64,000 bases of DNA from an uncultured Bacteroidota bacterium (GCA_903844815.1 CAIMVD010000200.1:28110-92109); one strand, 5' to 3'. Shown: positions 22,992 through 33,992, numbered from the stretch's first letter. Numbers and translations are program-made. The notes: a model not told the origin generated them from the letters alone.

Positions 22992-23693
22992 TCAATTAAC
23001 CTCCAGATTAAAATAAAACCCATCCTCCTTAAGATGCTCAATTCTGTCTTTATTAAACCTGTAATAGAATGCCCCTTTCTTTGACGTAACTGTCTCTTTC
23101 TCATCGAGTTTTTCGAGAATTCCCATTGATAATATTTTCTTCCTGAAATTTCTCCTGTCGATCTGCCTTTGATAAATAGCTTCATAAAGATCCTGAAGAT
23201 GTACCAGGGTGAATTTTTCAGGAAGCAGCTCAAAACCGACCGGAGCTATTTTAACCTCAGCCTGTAAGTCAGCAAGGGCTTTTTTCACCATTTCGGCGTG
23301 GTCGAATATAAGTTCGGGAAGCCTGTTAAGTGACCTCCAGTTAACGCCAGTATTTTCAACAATTTCAGGGTCGATATCCCTAATCGAGATCAGTGCCCAG
23401 TAGGCAATTGAAATTACTCTATCGCCTGGATCCCTGCCAGTATCGCCATAGCAGTATGACTGCTTCATGTAAATTGATTCGAGACCTGTAAGTTTCCGCA
23501 GGATTCTTGATGCAGCAGCCCCGAGGCTCTCATCTTCTTCCACAAATCCTCCTGTGAGAGACCATTGCCCTTTTGCCGGCTCAATTATTCTTTTGAACAG
23601 CAAAAGTTTGATCTCCTTCTCAAGCAGATCATAACCGAAAATTACACAGTCAACCGCAACAAGATGCCTGGCCCGATCGTGATATGATTTCAT
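22992..23693 (-). CDS. Nudix-domain transcriptional regulator (NrtR family, Bacteroides AraR-like)
   Basis: Degenerate Nudix box GGFVEEDESLGAAASRILRKLTG followed by a C-terminal winged-helix-like half. The gene is embedded between araA and araD, as described for Bacteroides AraR. Confidence 0.75.
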   Translation of the reverse strand: MKSYHDRARHLVAVDCVIFGYDLLEKEIKLLLFKRIIEPAKGQWSLTGGFVEEDESLGAAASRILRKLTGLESIYMKQSYCYGDTGRDPGDRVISIAYWALISIRDIDPEIVENTGVNWRSLNRLPELIFDHAEMVKKALADLQAEVKIAPVGFELLPEKFTLVHLQDLYEAIYQRQIDRRNFRKKILSMGILEKLDEKETVTSKKGAFYYRFNKDRIEHLKEDGFYFNLEVN

Positions 23694-23740
23694 TTATTTA
23701 GGTCAGTTACCGGTAAAAAAAGCACAATTTCTTCCCGGTA

Positions 23741-25234
23741 TCAGATGATGCCGGCCGAAATATGATAAAACAACTCGTTCCATCTCAATTCCTTTTTGAA
23801 GGACGAGAGTTCGCATTTCTCATCTATCAGGACATATTCCACGCCCATCATTCCTGCGAAGTCCTCGAGATATTCTGAACTAATTGAGGTACTGAAACCG
23901 GTATGATGAGCTCCTCCGGCGAGTATCCAGGCTTCAGCAGCCCTTTTTAAATCGGGAAGCGGTTTCCACAGAACGCTTGCAACCGGGAGATTTGGCATAT
24001 CGGGGCACTCCGAAACCTCAACTTCATTTACTATCAGTCGGAACCTGTTTCCAAGGTCAATCAGTGAAGCATTCAAAGCTTTCCCGGGAGCTGTTTTGAA
24101 GACCAGCCTGGCAGGATCATTTTTACCCCCTATCGAAAGCGGGTGCACTTCAATAGTGGGCACATTCTGAGCTATGGAAGGACATACTTCAAGCATATGA
24201 GCGCCAAGCACCTTCATGCCTGCAGGATCCATATGGTAAGTATAATCCTCCATGAAAGAAGTACCGCCATTAAGTCCATCAGCCATAACCTTCATGGAGC
24301 GCACAAGGGCGGCCGTCTTCCAGTCACCTTCGGCGCCAAAACCATAACCCTTTGCCATTAATCGCTGTACTGCCAGGCCCGGCAGCTGCTTAAGCCCGTG
24401 GAGATCTTCAAAAGTTGTGGTGAATGCCTTAAAATTACCGTTATTAAGGAATTGCTCCATACCGGCTTCTATCCTGGCTGACTCTTTCAGCGTTTCAGAT
24501 GAAGCGACTTCTTTTGTCAATTTATATTCCGAATTATATTCCTCAAGCAGCTTTTTTATTGTGTCCTCGTCAACGGCATTCACATATTTCACCAGGTCGC
24601 CAATGCCGAAACCATATACAGAATATCCCATTTGAATCTGCGCACTGACCTTATTTCCCTCTGTTACAGCAACATCGCGCATATTATCGCCAAACCTGGC
24701 TACCTTCATATTCAGGGCATCATGGTAGGCGGCTGCCACCCTTATCCATACACCGATTTTGTCAATAGTTTCAGGATCTTCAAAATGGCCGACAACAACC
24801 TTTCTGTTCAGCCTCATCCTTGTGCCGATAAATCCGAATTCACGGTCACCATGGGCAGCCTGGTTCAGGTTCATGAAATTCATATCAATCGAATTCCATG
24901 GAATATCCCTGTTCAGCTGAGTATGTAAATGGAGAAAGGGCTTATTCAGGATCGACAAACCCCTTATCCACATTTTTGCAGGGGAGAAAGTATGCATCCA
25001 TGTTATAAGACCTATGCATTTCTTTGAACTGTTTGCCTCAGAACACAGTTCGGTGATTGATTCGGGTGTTGTAAGCACCGGCTTGAATATCACTTTTACG
25101 GGTATCACTGCTGACTTGTCGAGCGAAACGGCTATTGCCAAAGAATCATCGGCAACCTGTTTAAGAGTTTCCGGACCATAAAGATGCTGGCTTCCCGTAA
25201 CAAACCATACTTCCTGATTATTATATATTTCCAT
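23741..25234 (-). CDS. araA: L-arabinose isomerase
   Basis: The 497-aa product is collinear with AraA ([13 protein letters not shown] ... [13 protein letters not shown]). Confidence 0.92.
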   Translation of the reverse strand: MEIYNNQEVWFVTGSQHLYGPETLKQVADDSLAIAVSLDKSAVIPVKVIFKPVLTTPESITELCSEANSSKKCIGLITWMHTFSPAKMWIRGLSILNKPFLHLHTQLNRDIPWNSIDMNFMNLNQAAHGDREFGFIGTRMRLNRKVVVGHFEDPETIDKIGVWIRVAAAYHDALNMKVARFGDNMRDVAVTEGNKVSAQIQMGYSVYGFGIGDLVKYVNAVDEDTIKKLLEEYNSEYKLTKEVASSETLKESARIEAGMEQFLNNGNFKAFTTTFEDLHGLKQLPGLAVQRLMAKGYGFGAEGDWKTAALVRSMKVMADGLNGGTSFMEDYTYHMDPAGMKVLGAHMLEVCPSIAQNVPTIEVHPLSIGGKNDPARLVFKTAPGKALNASLIDLGNRFRLIVNEVEVSECPDMPNLPVASVLWKPLPDLKRAAEAWILAGGAHHTGFSTSISSEYLEDFAGMMGVEYVLIDEKCELSSFKKELRWNELFYHISAGII

Positions 25235-25277
25235 TTTAAATTATGTAAAAGTTTAAATCAATACTATTTCAGGCAGT

Positions 25278-26930
25278 TTACCAGAAGTAGATGTAAAAGA
25301 GGATTATTACTACAATAGTCATCCCCGAGAAGACGAGGTCCCAGTTATTCCAGCTTGCCCTTGTCAACGCTTTCTGCTCAGCCGTTGCTGAACCGAAGTA
25401 CAACCCTTTTATTGCAGCCTGATCAGGCTTTTTGGTAACCATTGAGGTAATTATCATTACCACAATTACTAAGAAGAACAAAGCGATTTCATAATGAAGC
25501 CAGTTAGGAGCAAGAAAAACCTTGTATAGAACTCCTTCCTGACTTATACCTCCCGCGAATATTTTCAGGCCAAGTCTGAACATCCCAAGCACAAATCCTG
25601 TTATCAGTCCGACAAGGCCGGCAGCTGAAGTAGTCCTCTTCGAGATGACACCTAAAAGGAATACGGCAGCTATCCCGGGCGCAAGGAGTGATTGGACATC
25701 CTGCAGGTAAGCATACAGGACTTTCCCAAGGCCCTTCATAACAGGGATCCAGAGAATGCCAAGGATCACAACAACAACTGTTGCAATGCGTCCAACCTTT
25801 ACAAGTTCTTTCTCTGGTGCCTGAGGCTTATATTTCAAATAAAAGTCAACAGTGAACAGTGTGGCGGAGGAGTTGAAAAGCGAAGCCAGTGAACTCATCA
25901 GTGCAGCAAGGATACCCCCTACTACCAGACCCTTGAATCCAAGCGGGAGAAGTTCTTTCACGAGTATAGAGAAAGCTGCATCCGAACTTGTCAGGTTTAT
26001 CATGCCCTTTGCATTAAGCGAGTAGGCTATCATACCGGGGATCAGGAAAATAAAAACAGGAGTAAGTTTGAATGCTGCCCCGAGTATTGCACCACGTCTC
26101 GACTCTTTCTGATTTCGGCCTGAAAGAACCCTTTGAACAATATACTGATCAGTACACCAGTACCAGAATCCGATTATGGCAGAACCCAGGATAACACCTG
26201 TCCATGGATATTCGGGGTCACTTGCCGACCTCATCAGGTTGGTCATTGTATCTCCGGCGGCATTAACCGGTACTGCACGGCAGATAGTCATCATCTCCTG
26301 CCATCCTCCAAGTTTAATGAGCCCTATTACCATAACAGCCAGAGAACCGACAAGGAGGACAGGAGTTTGTAAAACTGATGTCCATAGAACAGCCTTCATC
26401 CCTCCAAGTGTTGTATAAATACCGGTAAGAACTACAAGTCCGATAGCGCTTATCCAGAAAAAATCTATGCCAAACAATGATTCAATTCCAAAGACCTGTT
26501 TGAATACAATACCCCCGGCATAAACTGTAACAGCCACTTTTGTAAACACATAACTTACAAGCGAGATGATTGAAAGAATGCTCCTCGATGACTTGTTGTA
26601 TCTTTTTTCAAGAAACTCAGGCATGGTGAAGACCCCGCTCCTTTCATAAAAGGGAACAAAGAACCAGCCCAGAATCAGTATCAGCCAGCCGTGCATCTCC
26701 CAGTGAGCCATAGCCATTCCGCTTGATGCTCCTGCTCCCGCCAGTCCGACAAGATGTTCCGAACCAATGTTCGATGCAAATATTGAAGATCCGATCGCCA
26801 GCCATGTTGCATCTCTTCCGGCAAGAAAATAGTCAGTAGAAGTTTCGTCTTTCTGTCTGATAACCCACAGGACAATTCCTACAAGGCCAAGACAGAAGAT
26901 CCCTAGTACAATCCAGTCTAATGTTCCCAT
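25278..26930 (-). CDS. sodium:solute symporter (SSS/SGLT family), probable pentose importer
   Basis: Polytopic 550-aa protein with SSS-type N-terminus (DYFLAGRDATWLAIGSSIFASNIGSEHLVGLAG). First gene of the arabinose array. Confidence 0.85.
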   Translation of the reverse strand: MGTLDWIVLGIFCLGLVGIVLWVIRQKDETSTDYFLAGRDATWLAIGSSIFASNIGSEHLVGLAGAGASSGMAMAHWEMHGWLILILGWFFVPFYERSGVFTMPEFLEKRYNKSSRSILSIISLVSYVFTKVAVTVYAGGIVFKQVFGIESLFGIDFFWISAIGLVVLTGIYTTLGGMKAVLWTSVLQTPVLLVGSLAVMVIGLIKLGGWQEMMTICRAVPVNAAGDTMTNLMRSASDPEYPWTGVILGSAIIGFWYWCTDQYIVQRVLSGRNQKESRRGAILGAAFKLTPVFIFLIPGMIAYSLNAKGMINLTSSDAAFSILVKELLPLGFKGLVVGGILAALMSSLASLFNSSATLFTVDFYLKYKPQAPEKELVKVGRIATVVVVILGILWIPVMKGLGKVLYAYLQDVQSLLAPGIAAVFLLGVISKRTTSAAGLVGLITGFVLGMFRLGLKIFAGGISQEGVLYKVFLAPNWLHYEIALFFLVIVVMIITSMVTKKPDQAAIKGLYFGSATAEQKALTRASWNNWDLVFSGMTIVVIILFYIYFW

Positions 26931-27161
26931 AATAATTTCTTTTGATAATGAAGATCAGAATTTGTAATTTCTTTTTTATAAATCAGGTAAAATAATCGTT
27001 TCAGAAAGCCAACAGATTTTCAAAAACTTAATGTTTTTACCAAACAAATCTATAAAAAAAAAACTTAAAGTGTACTATATACATTTAAAATATTCTGAAA
27101 TATTACAAGAAGAAAGATAACCGGATTATAGTGCTGATTAAGAGTGTAAAAGCAATTTGGA

Positions 27162-27971
27162 TTATTGCCATTCATTCAGCGAAGACTGAATGAAATCAAT
27201 AATTTTCTGATTTTCGCTCTTCCCGTTGCCTTTAACAAAAAATGGTTCCCCGAATTTAAAATGAATGTGTTTACTGACATCGATGGGTCCCAGTTCCTTT
27301 ATTATCTTTCCATTCCCCCAGAAATCTGTTTTCAGCGCGACCGGAACAACTTTCACCCCTGCCTTCCTTGCAAGCTTAACTCCAAGTGAATTAAACTCCT
27401 CAGGCTTAAATTCAACGCTTCGGGTACTCTGAGGGAAGATAATTATGGAGATCCCTTTTGACAATAATTCCATTCCTTTTGTCATAACAGTCTCAAAATC
27501 CTTTCTGGGGTCGATACGGCCTACCACAATCGGATTCCGTGAAAGCATGACATCTTTAAAAAGCGGATGCCTGACAAGGCTGTCCTTTACAACAAATGTG
27601 GTCTCCCGGTAAGGACTGACAATACATGGCAGTACCATGGTTTCGAGGGTGCTCATGTGATTGCCGATAAAAAGCAAGGGTCCTTCCGGACTGATCATGT
27701 TCTCCATACCTGTGATATGGAATTTTCCGCCGGCAGACTCTATAAAACTTAAGATCTCAAAAGATGAATCGATCCAGGCCTGCGTATCGTATTTCTTTTT
27801 TATAGCCTGTTTCCGCGTTCCTAAAACAACTTTTGCATACCTGATGGAAAAGTAGAGACGGTTGTTGTGAATAACTTTGTCCCACAACGAAAGGTGTTCT
27901 TTTTCAGGAGTATTATAATCGAATGAATCAAAATAGCTTTTGTACATAGACAGGGATTTATACATTGTCAT
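27162..27971 (-). CDS. lysophospholipid (1-acyl-sn-glycerol-3-phosphate-type) acyltransferase family protein
   Basis: Acyltransferase motifs NHMSTLE (HX4D/E) and IIFPQSTRS (FPEGTR-like). Confidence 0.65.
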   Translation of the reverse strand: MTMYKSLSMYKSYFDSFDYNTPEKEHLSLWDKVIHNNRLYFSIRYAKVVLGTRKQAIKKKYDTQAWIDSSFEILSFIESAGGKFHITGMENMISPEGPLLFIGNHMSTLETMVLPCIVSPYRETTFVVKDSLVRHPLFKDVMLSRNPIVVGRIDPRKDFETVMTKGMELLSKGISIIIFPQSTRSVEFKPEEFNSLGVKLARKAGVKVVPVALKTDFWGNGKIIKELGPIDVSKHIHFKFGEPFFVKGNGKSENQKIIDFIQSSLNEWQ

Positions 27972-28140
27972 CCGAAATAATAATGACTACACAAAGTTAA
28001 TTCATTTCTGACAATCAAAAAATTATCATATTTCTGAAGTATGACGGATTAAAAACTCATTTTCTTTTAAAACCTTTCGCTCTTAATAAATTTGCTTAAT
28101 TTGTATCCATTGATTCAATACTAATATTAATTTTTGCAAA

Positions 28141-28185
28141 ACCTTCATGCCCTTTGTAATACCTTCGAGTCCTTTGTGTTTAATA
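28141..28185. repeat. Half-copy (left arm only) of the CCTTTGTG-type element
   Basis: accttcatg|ccctttgta|ataccttcgag|tcctttgtg|tttaa aligns unit for unit with the left arm at 424-467 (one indel, few substitutions). No right arm follows. It ends 14 nt before the ATG at 28199. Confidence 0.7.
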
Positions 28186-28198
28186 ATATCAAAATCAA

Positions 28199-29269
28199 AT
28201 GAAGAATCCACTTTTATTTTTTTGCCTGATAGTGGCAATAAATCTTTCGGCATACGCCTCTGAACCCTTTAAAGGAGAAAAATGCATTGTAAAATCTGAA
28301 TTCATTTACAATAAGGAAGATGTACCATTTCCAAGCTGCCATGCATCGACTATAATTGAAAAACATGATGGTCTTATTGCCGCCTGGTTCGGAGGCACCG
28401 AAGAGAAGGATCCTGATGTCGGAATCTGGACAAGCCATTATTCCGATGGCAAATGGACGAAACCTGCTGAGGTAGCAAACGGCATCCAGCACAAATCGAA
28501 AAGATACCCTTGCTGGAACCCTGTCCTTTATAACGCTGGTAATGAAATACTTTTGTTTTACAAGACAGGACCCTCTCCGTCAACATGGTGGGGAGAACTA
28601 ATCAGATCGTCTGATGAGGGAAAAACATGGTCACGTTCATCCCGCCTGCCGGAAGATATTTATGGTCCGGTCAAGAATAAGCCAATTCTTCTTAAAAACA
28701 ATATATTGCTATGCCCGTCGAGCACGGAAGATCAGGGTTGGAGGGTTCACATGGAGTTCACTTCCGACAATGGCAGTACATGGGAACGTACACCTGCACT
28801 TAATGACAGGAAAACAGGAGTTATCCAGCCGACCATACTTCAACTTCCGAACGGAAGATTGCAGATGCTTTGCAGGAGCACTACCTCATACATAATGAAC
28901 TCATATTCTGACGATAACGGGCATACATGGACTGAACTCACATCGTCCGGAGTGCCAAACCCAAATTCAGGTATTGACGCAGTGACGCTTAAGGACGGAC
29001 GTCATCTTTTAATATATAATCATATCTCAAAGGGCAGGAATGTGCTGAATGTTGCTGTTTCGGGCGACGGAGTTGAATGGAAAGCCGCGGCACTTCCCGA
29101 GAATGAGCCAAAGGGAGGTGAATTTTCATATCCTGCCATTATCCAGACAAGTGACGGACTGGTTCACATAACCTATACCTGGAACAGGAAACTCATAAAA
29201 CACTTAATTATCGACCCGAACAGCATTGAGGCTAAACCATTTATTAATGGCGGCTGGCCTGAAAAATGA
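28199..29269 (+). CDS. secreted BNR/Asp-box beta-propeller, sialidase (GH33)-like
   Basis: Three Asp-box motifs (SSDEGKTWS, TSDNGSTWE, SDDNGHTWT). Signal peptide present. Confidence 0.7.
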   Translation: MKNPLLFFCLIVAINLSAYASEPFKGEKCIVKSEFIYNKEDVPFPSCHASTIIEKHDGLIAAWFGGTEEKDPDVGIWTSHYSDGKWTKPAEVANGIQHKSKRYPCWNPVLYNAGNEILLFYKTGPSPSTWWGELIRSSDEGKTWSRSSRLPEDIYGPVKNKPILLKNNILLCPSSTEDQGWRVHMEFTSDNGSTWERTPALNDRKTGVIQPTILQLPNGRLQMLCRSTTSYIMNSYSDDNGHTWTELTSSGVPNPNSGIDAVTLKDGRHLLIYNHISKGRNVLNVAVSGDGVEWKAAALPENEPKGGEFSYPAIIQTSDGLVHITYTWNRKLIKHLIIDPNSIEAKPFINGGWPEK

Positions 29270-29827
29270 TTAATACTGATTAATTAAAAAATCCTTGTTC
29301 GTCTCATAGAGTTTTATGCTCTCCATGACAATATCCCAGGCTTTTTCTTTTCCAAGAAACTGTTCAACCGTTACATTTTTGTGCTCGAGCTTTTTATAAT
29401 CTTCAAAGAATCGCTTAAGCTCAATAAGGTAATGAGGAGGAAGTTCTGATATGTCGTTTATATAATTTATCGACATATCGTGAGCTGCCACGGCAATTAT
29501 CTTATCGTCCCTTTCATCTTCATCTATCATTTCCATGACACCGATAACCTTTGCTTCGATGAGACACCTCGGAAATACGTCAATGGAACAGATTACAAGT
29601 ATGTCAAGCGGGTCTTTGTCATCACAGTAGGTTTGAGGAATAAAACCATAATTGGCCGGGTAATGAACCGAAGAGAACAAAACACGGTCGAGCCTCAGAA
29701 GACCCGAGGCCTTATCAAGCTCATATTTGCCCTTGGAACCTTTTGGTATTTCAATAATCCCATTAACATACTGGGGTAGATTATTTCCTGAAACAATGCT
29801 GTGCCAGGGGTGCCTGTTATCTTTCAT
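29270..29827 (-). CDS. ppa: inorganic pyrophosphatase, family I
   Basis: Motifs [18 protein letters not shown] and [11 protein letters not shown]. Length 185 aa. Confidence 0.9.
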   Translation of the reverse strand: MKDNRHPWHSIVSGNNLPQYVNGIIEIPKGSKGKYELDKASGLLRLDRVLFSSVHYPANYGFIPQTYCDDKDPLDILVICSIDVFPRCLIEAKVIGVMEMIDEDERDDKIIAVAAHDMSINYINDISELPPHYLIELKRFFEDYKKLEHKNVTVEQFLGKEKAWDIVMESIKLYETNKDFLINQY

Positions 29828-29881
29828 ATTATAAATATTTTATACGAATATCGGCATAATAATTATCAAAATGACACATCA

Positions 29882-31135
29882 TCATTTGCTGAAAAATGGG
29901 ATTATGAGCAGGGCAACGGACAGACCTGTAAGTACTGCGACAGCCCCCCATCCTATTATATTCTGGTAGAGCTTATTAACATATACTCCCATAATCTTCT
30001 TGCTGTTAATAAGCAGGATCATGCTTACAAGTACTACCGGTAGCAGTATCCCATTGAGAACCTGCGACCAGACGGAAATCTTGATAAGGGGCGCATTAGG
30101 AATAAGTATAATGATAGCGGAGATTACAAGAATCCCTGTATAGAGGGTATAAAATTCCTTTGCCTCATCCCATTTTTTATCAATGCCGGCTTCAAAACCG
30201 AAGGCTTCGGAGACATAAAATGCTGTTGCAAGGGGCAGAATGGTAGCTGAAAAAACCGAAGCAACGAAAAGCCCGAATGCAAATACCTGCGATGCAAGCT
30301 TGCCGGCAAGTGGTTTAAGTGAAAGTGCCGCATCCTTTGCCTCATTTATCACAATACCATTCGGATGAAGGGTTGAGCCGCATGCCACCATAATGAAAAA
30401 GGCCACAACCACTGTAACCACACAACCCACTGCAATATCTATCATTGTATACCTGAAGTTTTTCATTTTCAGACCTTTTTCAATAACAGTCGATTGCATA
30501 TAAAATTGCATCCAGGGGGCTATGGTCGTACCTATGAGAGCTATAATCATGGCCAGGCTGTTAGTATTAACCTCGAACTCGGGATGTATAACCGCATGGC
30601 CTATCTCACCCCACTGGGGACCGCTCATAAGTGCTGAAACGACATATGCAAGAAGTGATAAACTGAATATCAGAAATATTCGCTCGGCAATCTTATATGT
30701 TCCTTTTACAACCAGCAACCATACTAATATTGCCGCTATTGGTACTGAAATATACTTGCTTATTCCAAAGATCTCAAGGCTTCCTGCAACTCCTGCAAAT
30801 TCAGTTGTAGTATTCCCTATATTAGAAAGCAATAATCCGACAAAAATAAAAAATGTGATTTTCATGCCGGCATTTTCACGAATCAGATCAGAGAGGCCCT
30901 TGCCTGTAACGATTCCCATCCTTGCATTCATCTCCTGAACGACCATGAGCACAATAAATGAAGGAATGAGGGTCCAGATCAGGTTATAACCGTACATGGC
31001 ACCTGCAACCGAGTATGTTGTTATACCACCGGCATCATTATCTACACTGCCAGTAATAATTCCGGGACCAAGAATCGCAAAGAAGATAGCAAGTTGTCTT
31101 ATGAAATTTGATTCCCTGATTTTTGTCTTTATCAT
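29882..31135 (-). CDS. NRAMP/SLC11-related transporter with Mg-type (NRMT-like) site substitutions
   Basis: The TM1 motif reads GPGIITGSVDNDAGG, so DAGG replaces the canonical DPGN. The TM6 motif reads GTTIAPWM, so Ala replaces the canonical Met of xIMPHN. Confidence 0.7.
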   Translation of the reverse strand: MIKTKIRESNFIRQLAIFFAILGPGIITGSVDNDAGGITTYSVAGAMYGYNLIWTLIPSFIVLMVVQEMNARMGIVTGKGLSDLIRENAGMKITFFIFVGLLLSNIGNTTTEFAGVAGSLEIFGISKYISVPIAAILVWLLVVKGTYKIAERIFLIFSLSLLAYVVSALMSGPQWGEIGHAVIHPEFEVNTNSLAMIIALIGTTIAPWMQFYMQSTVIEKGLKMKNFRYTMIDIAVGCVVTVVVAFFIMVACGSTLHPNGIVINEAKDAALSLKPLAGKLASQVFAFGLFVASVFSATILPLATAFYVSEAFGFEAGIDKKWDEAKEFYTLYTGILVISAIIILIPNAPLIKISVWSQVLNGILLPVVLVSMILLINSKKIMGVYVNKLYQNIIGWGAVAVLTGLSVALLIIPFFSK

Positions 31136-31147
31136 TTCTGCTTACAG

Positions 31148-32422
31148 TTATCTTTTCTTTGTTCTTCTCTTATTTATAAGATCCTCGACAACATCATCGA
31201 CAACGACCATTCCCTGGAGCTGGTTGTTATTATCAACTACAGGGACGGCGAGGAGATTATATTTTGAGATCAGTTCTGCAATATCATCAACTTTCTGGTC
31301 ATCATACAGGAAAACCGGATCCGATTTCATTATCTGGTTAACTGTCGTTTCGGGCTGGGCAACAACAAGGTCGCGCAGGTTAAATGTTCCAATAAGTTCA
31401 TCATTCGACTCAGTAACGAACATATTATACAGTTCGGCTGACTCCGGTTTTTTCTGACGAAGCTCTTCTATCACCTCCTGAACTGAGATCCCGGGACGGA
31501 AAGACAGAATATCGGTTGTCATAAGGCTACCGACTGAATTATCGGGATATTCAAGCAGTTCTCTTACTTCCTGAGAAGACTCCCTGTCCATCTCCTTCAG
31601 AAGTAATTCTGCCTTTTCATCTTCAAGTTCATCGAGGATATCTGCCACTTCGTCGGCAGGCATTTTCTCAAGAACATCGGCCGCTTTATTAACAGGCAGG
31701 TTTTCAACAATATGCACCTGGGTCTCAATTTCAAGTTCCTCAAGAACATCGGCTGCTTTTTCCTCATCGAGAGCGGAGAAGACCGACATGCTTGACTTCT
31801 TTCCCAGGTCTTCGAGAATATCAGCAAGGTCAGAAGGGTGAAGAGTATGCAGCTTGGCATAACTCTTGGAGAGCCTTATGTTGAGATTTGAATAGTCGAT
31901 AGCCTGAACATCATCCCACAGAATGAACTTTGCGGGGATATTCACCTTGAACAGGGAGAGAATTTTCTTCATTGGAACCGAAATTCCTATACGCCGCAGA
32001 AGGCCTTCAATACCTATGTCAACAGCTATGGCGAAAGTACCGGCGGGCAATGTTGCAAGGCGCACATCATTAACCCTCACAAGTTTACGGCCATTAAGGT
32101 CAACTATCTGCTTGTCGAGGATATTTTCAACCAGGAACAATCCGTTATCAACCTCCTCCCGGCTCAATTCCTTCAATCCGGTACATGTTACATTGAGAAC
32201 CTCCCGGGTCTTTACTACCCTGAAGGTGTTAAATGAAAATATTTTTGCTTCCTTCTTGATCTTAAGCTTAACGCCGGTTATAAGCTGCTGCGATGGGTCA
32301 TTAGCCCCTGAAGGAACAGCATTTACGAGCAGATCCTTGATAATTCCGATATCATCACCATCAGCGCCAAAAGCTACCCGACCGATAATACCGCCTAAAT
32401 AAAATGTTGTTAGTGAAGTCAT
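31148..32422 (-). CDS. soluble PRC-barrel + MgtE N-domain + tandem CBS protein (MgtE cytosolic module without a membrane domain)
   Basis: MgtE_N-like acidic helices (LHPSDLADILEDL...AADVLEKMPADEVADILDEL) are followed by two CBS motifs. The protein stops right after them. It lies 12 bp upstream of the transporter. The start is set to the ATG at 32422, two codons inside the GTG in the ORF track. Confidence 0.75.
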   Translation of the reverse strand: MTSLTTFYLGGIIGRVAFGADGDDIGIIKDLLVNAVPSGANDPSQQLITGVKLKIKKEAKIFSFNTFRVVKTREVLNVTCTGLKELSREEVDNGLFLVENILDKQIVDLNGRKLVRVNDVRLATLPAGTFAIAVDIGIEGLLRRIGISVPMKKILSLFKVNIPAKFILWDDVQAIDYSNLNIRLSKSYAKLHTLHPSDLADILEDLGKKSSMSVFSALDEEKAADVLEELEIETQVHIVENLPVNKAADVLEKMPADEVADILDELEDEKAELLLKEMDRESSQEVRELLEYPDNSVGSLMTTDILSFRPGISVQEVIEELRQKKPESAELYNMFVTESNDELIGTFNLRDLVVAQPETTVNQIMKSDPVFLYDDQKVDDIAELISKYNLLAVPVVDNNNQLQGMVVVDDVVEDLINKRRTKKR

Positions 32423-32424
32423 TG

Positions 32425-32460
32425 TCACCTCCTTACTGTTTCTGATACAGGAGGAAGTGA
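32425..32460 (-). promoter_or_regulatory. Leader hairpin pairing UCACUUCCU with AGGAGGUGA immediately 5' of the start codon
   Basis: The minus-strand RNA reads ...ucacuuccu ccuguaucagaaacagua aggagguga ca AUG. It forms nine contiguous pairs (one G-U), plus a CUG/CAG extension in the loop. Confidence 0.5.
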
Positions 32461-32551
32461 CCGAAAATTCCGGCAGCCCTGCTGGATCAGTATTTAAATT
32501 AATCTATTCGCCGGATCATCATCCATTCAGTTCCCAAGTTTGATTAGGCCA

Positions 32552-32583
32552 CAAAAGTAAATTTCCTATCAATACATTCCAAA
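32552..32583 (-). promoter_or_regulatory. Candidate Bacteroidota sigma-A promoter (TTTG - 20 nt - TACTTTTG)
   Basis: On the minus strand, TTTG (32583-32580) is followed 20 nt later by TACTTTTG (32559-32552). This matches the TTTG/TAnnTTTG consensus and predicts a leader of about 115 nt. Confidence 0.45.
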
Positions 32584-32740
32584 TAAAACTCCACATTTCA
32601 GTCCCTGTACAAACGGATTTACTTACCAGCAGTCATTTAGAGATAAATATTGAATTAATAACATATAGGTAAATGTGCTTATTTTACTATTTTTTTAAGA
32701 TCAAAAAGAGATGAAGTAGGTCATTATGTTCTTTTTTTTC

Positions 32741-32748
32741 TATTTTTG
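32741..32748 (+). promoter_or_regulatory. Candidate -7 box TATTTTTG upstream of the spt-like gene
   Basis: TAnnTTTG match 33 nt upstream of the GTG start. No clear -33 TTTG. Confidence 0.3.
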
Positions 32749-32771
32749 ACGTCAATTCTATCAATTATTAA

Positions 32772-33965
<1,194 letters not shown>

Positions 33966-33992
33966 ATCAGCTTCTCTTAAAACATAAATAAA

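Noticed and set aside
22898-23233. 111-aa minus-strand ORF spanning the araD/Nudix junction
   Set aside because: It overlaps the 3' end of the Nudix regulator gene in another frame and runs through the 9-bp repeat array (translated as VSKVSKV). It has no independent support.
26931-27161. Promoter and AraR operator upstream of the arabinose array (CAAATCTA at 27045-27052 equals TAGATTTG on the minus strand; partial palindrome agaatttgtaatttct)
   Set aside because: The -7-like box has no matching -33 TTTG at the right spacing. The palindrome is only 12 of 16 positions symmetric, and I do not reliably remember the AraR consensus, so I did not report either as a feature.
32429-32551. M-box (Mg2+) or yybP-ykoY (Mn2+) riboswitch in the leader of the NRAMP-related operon
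   Set aside because: The predicted leader of about 115 nt is shorter than an M-box, and I could not find the conserved cores of either class by eye. I kept it as an unclassified structured leader instead.
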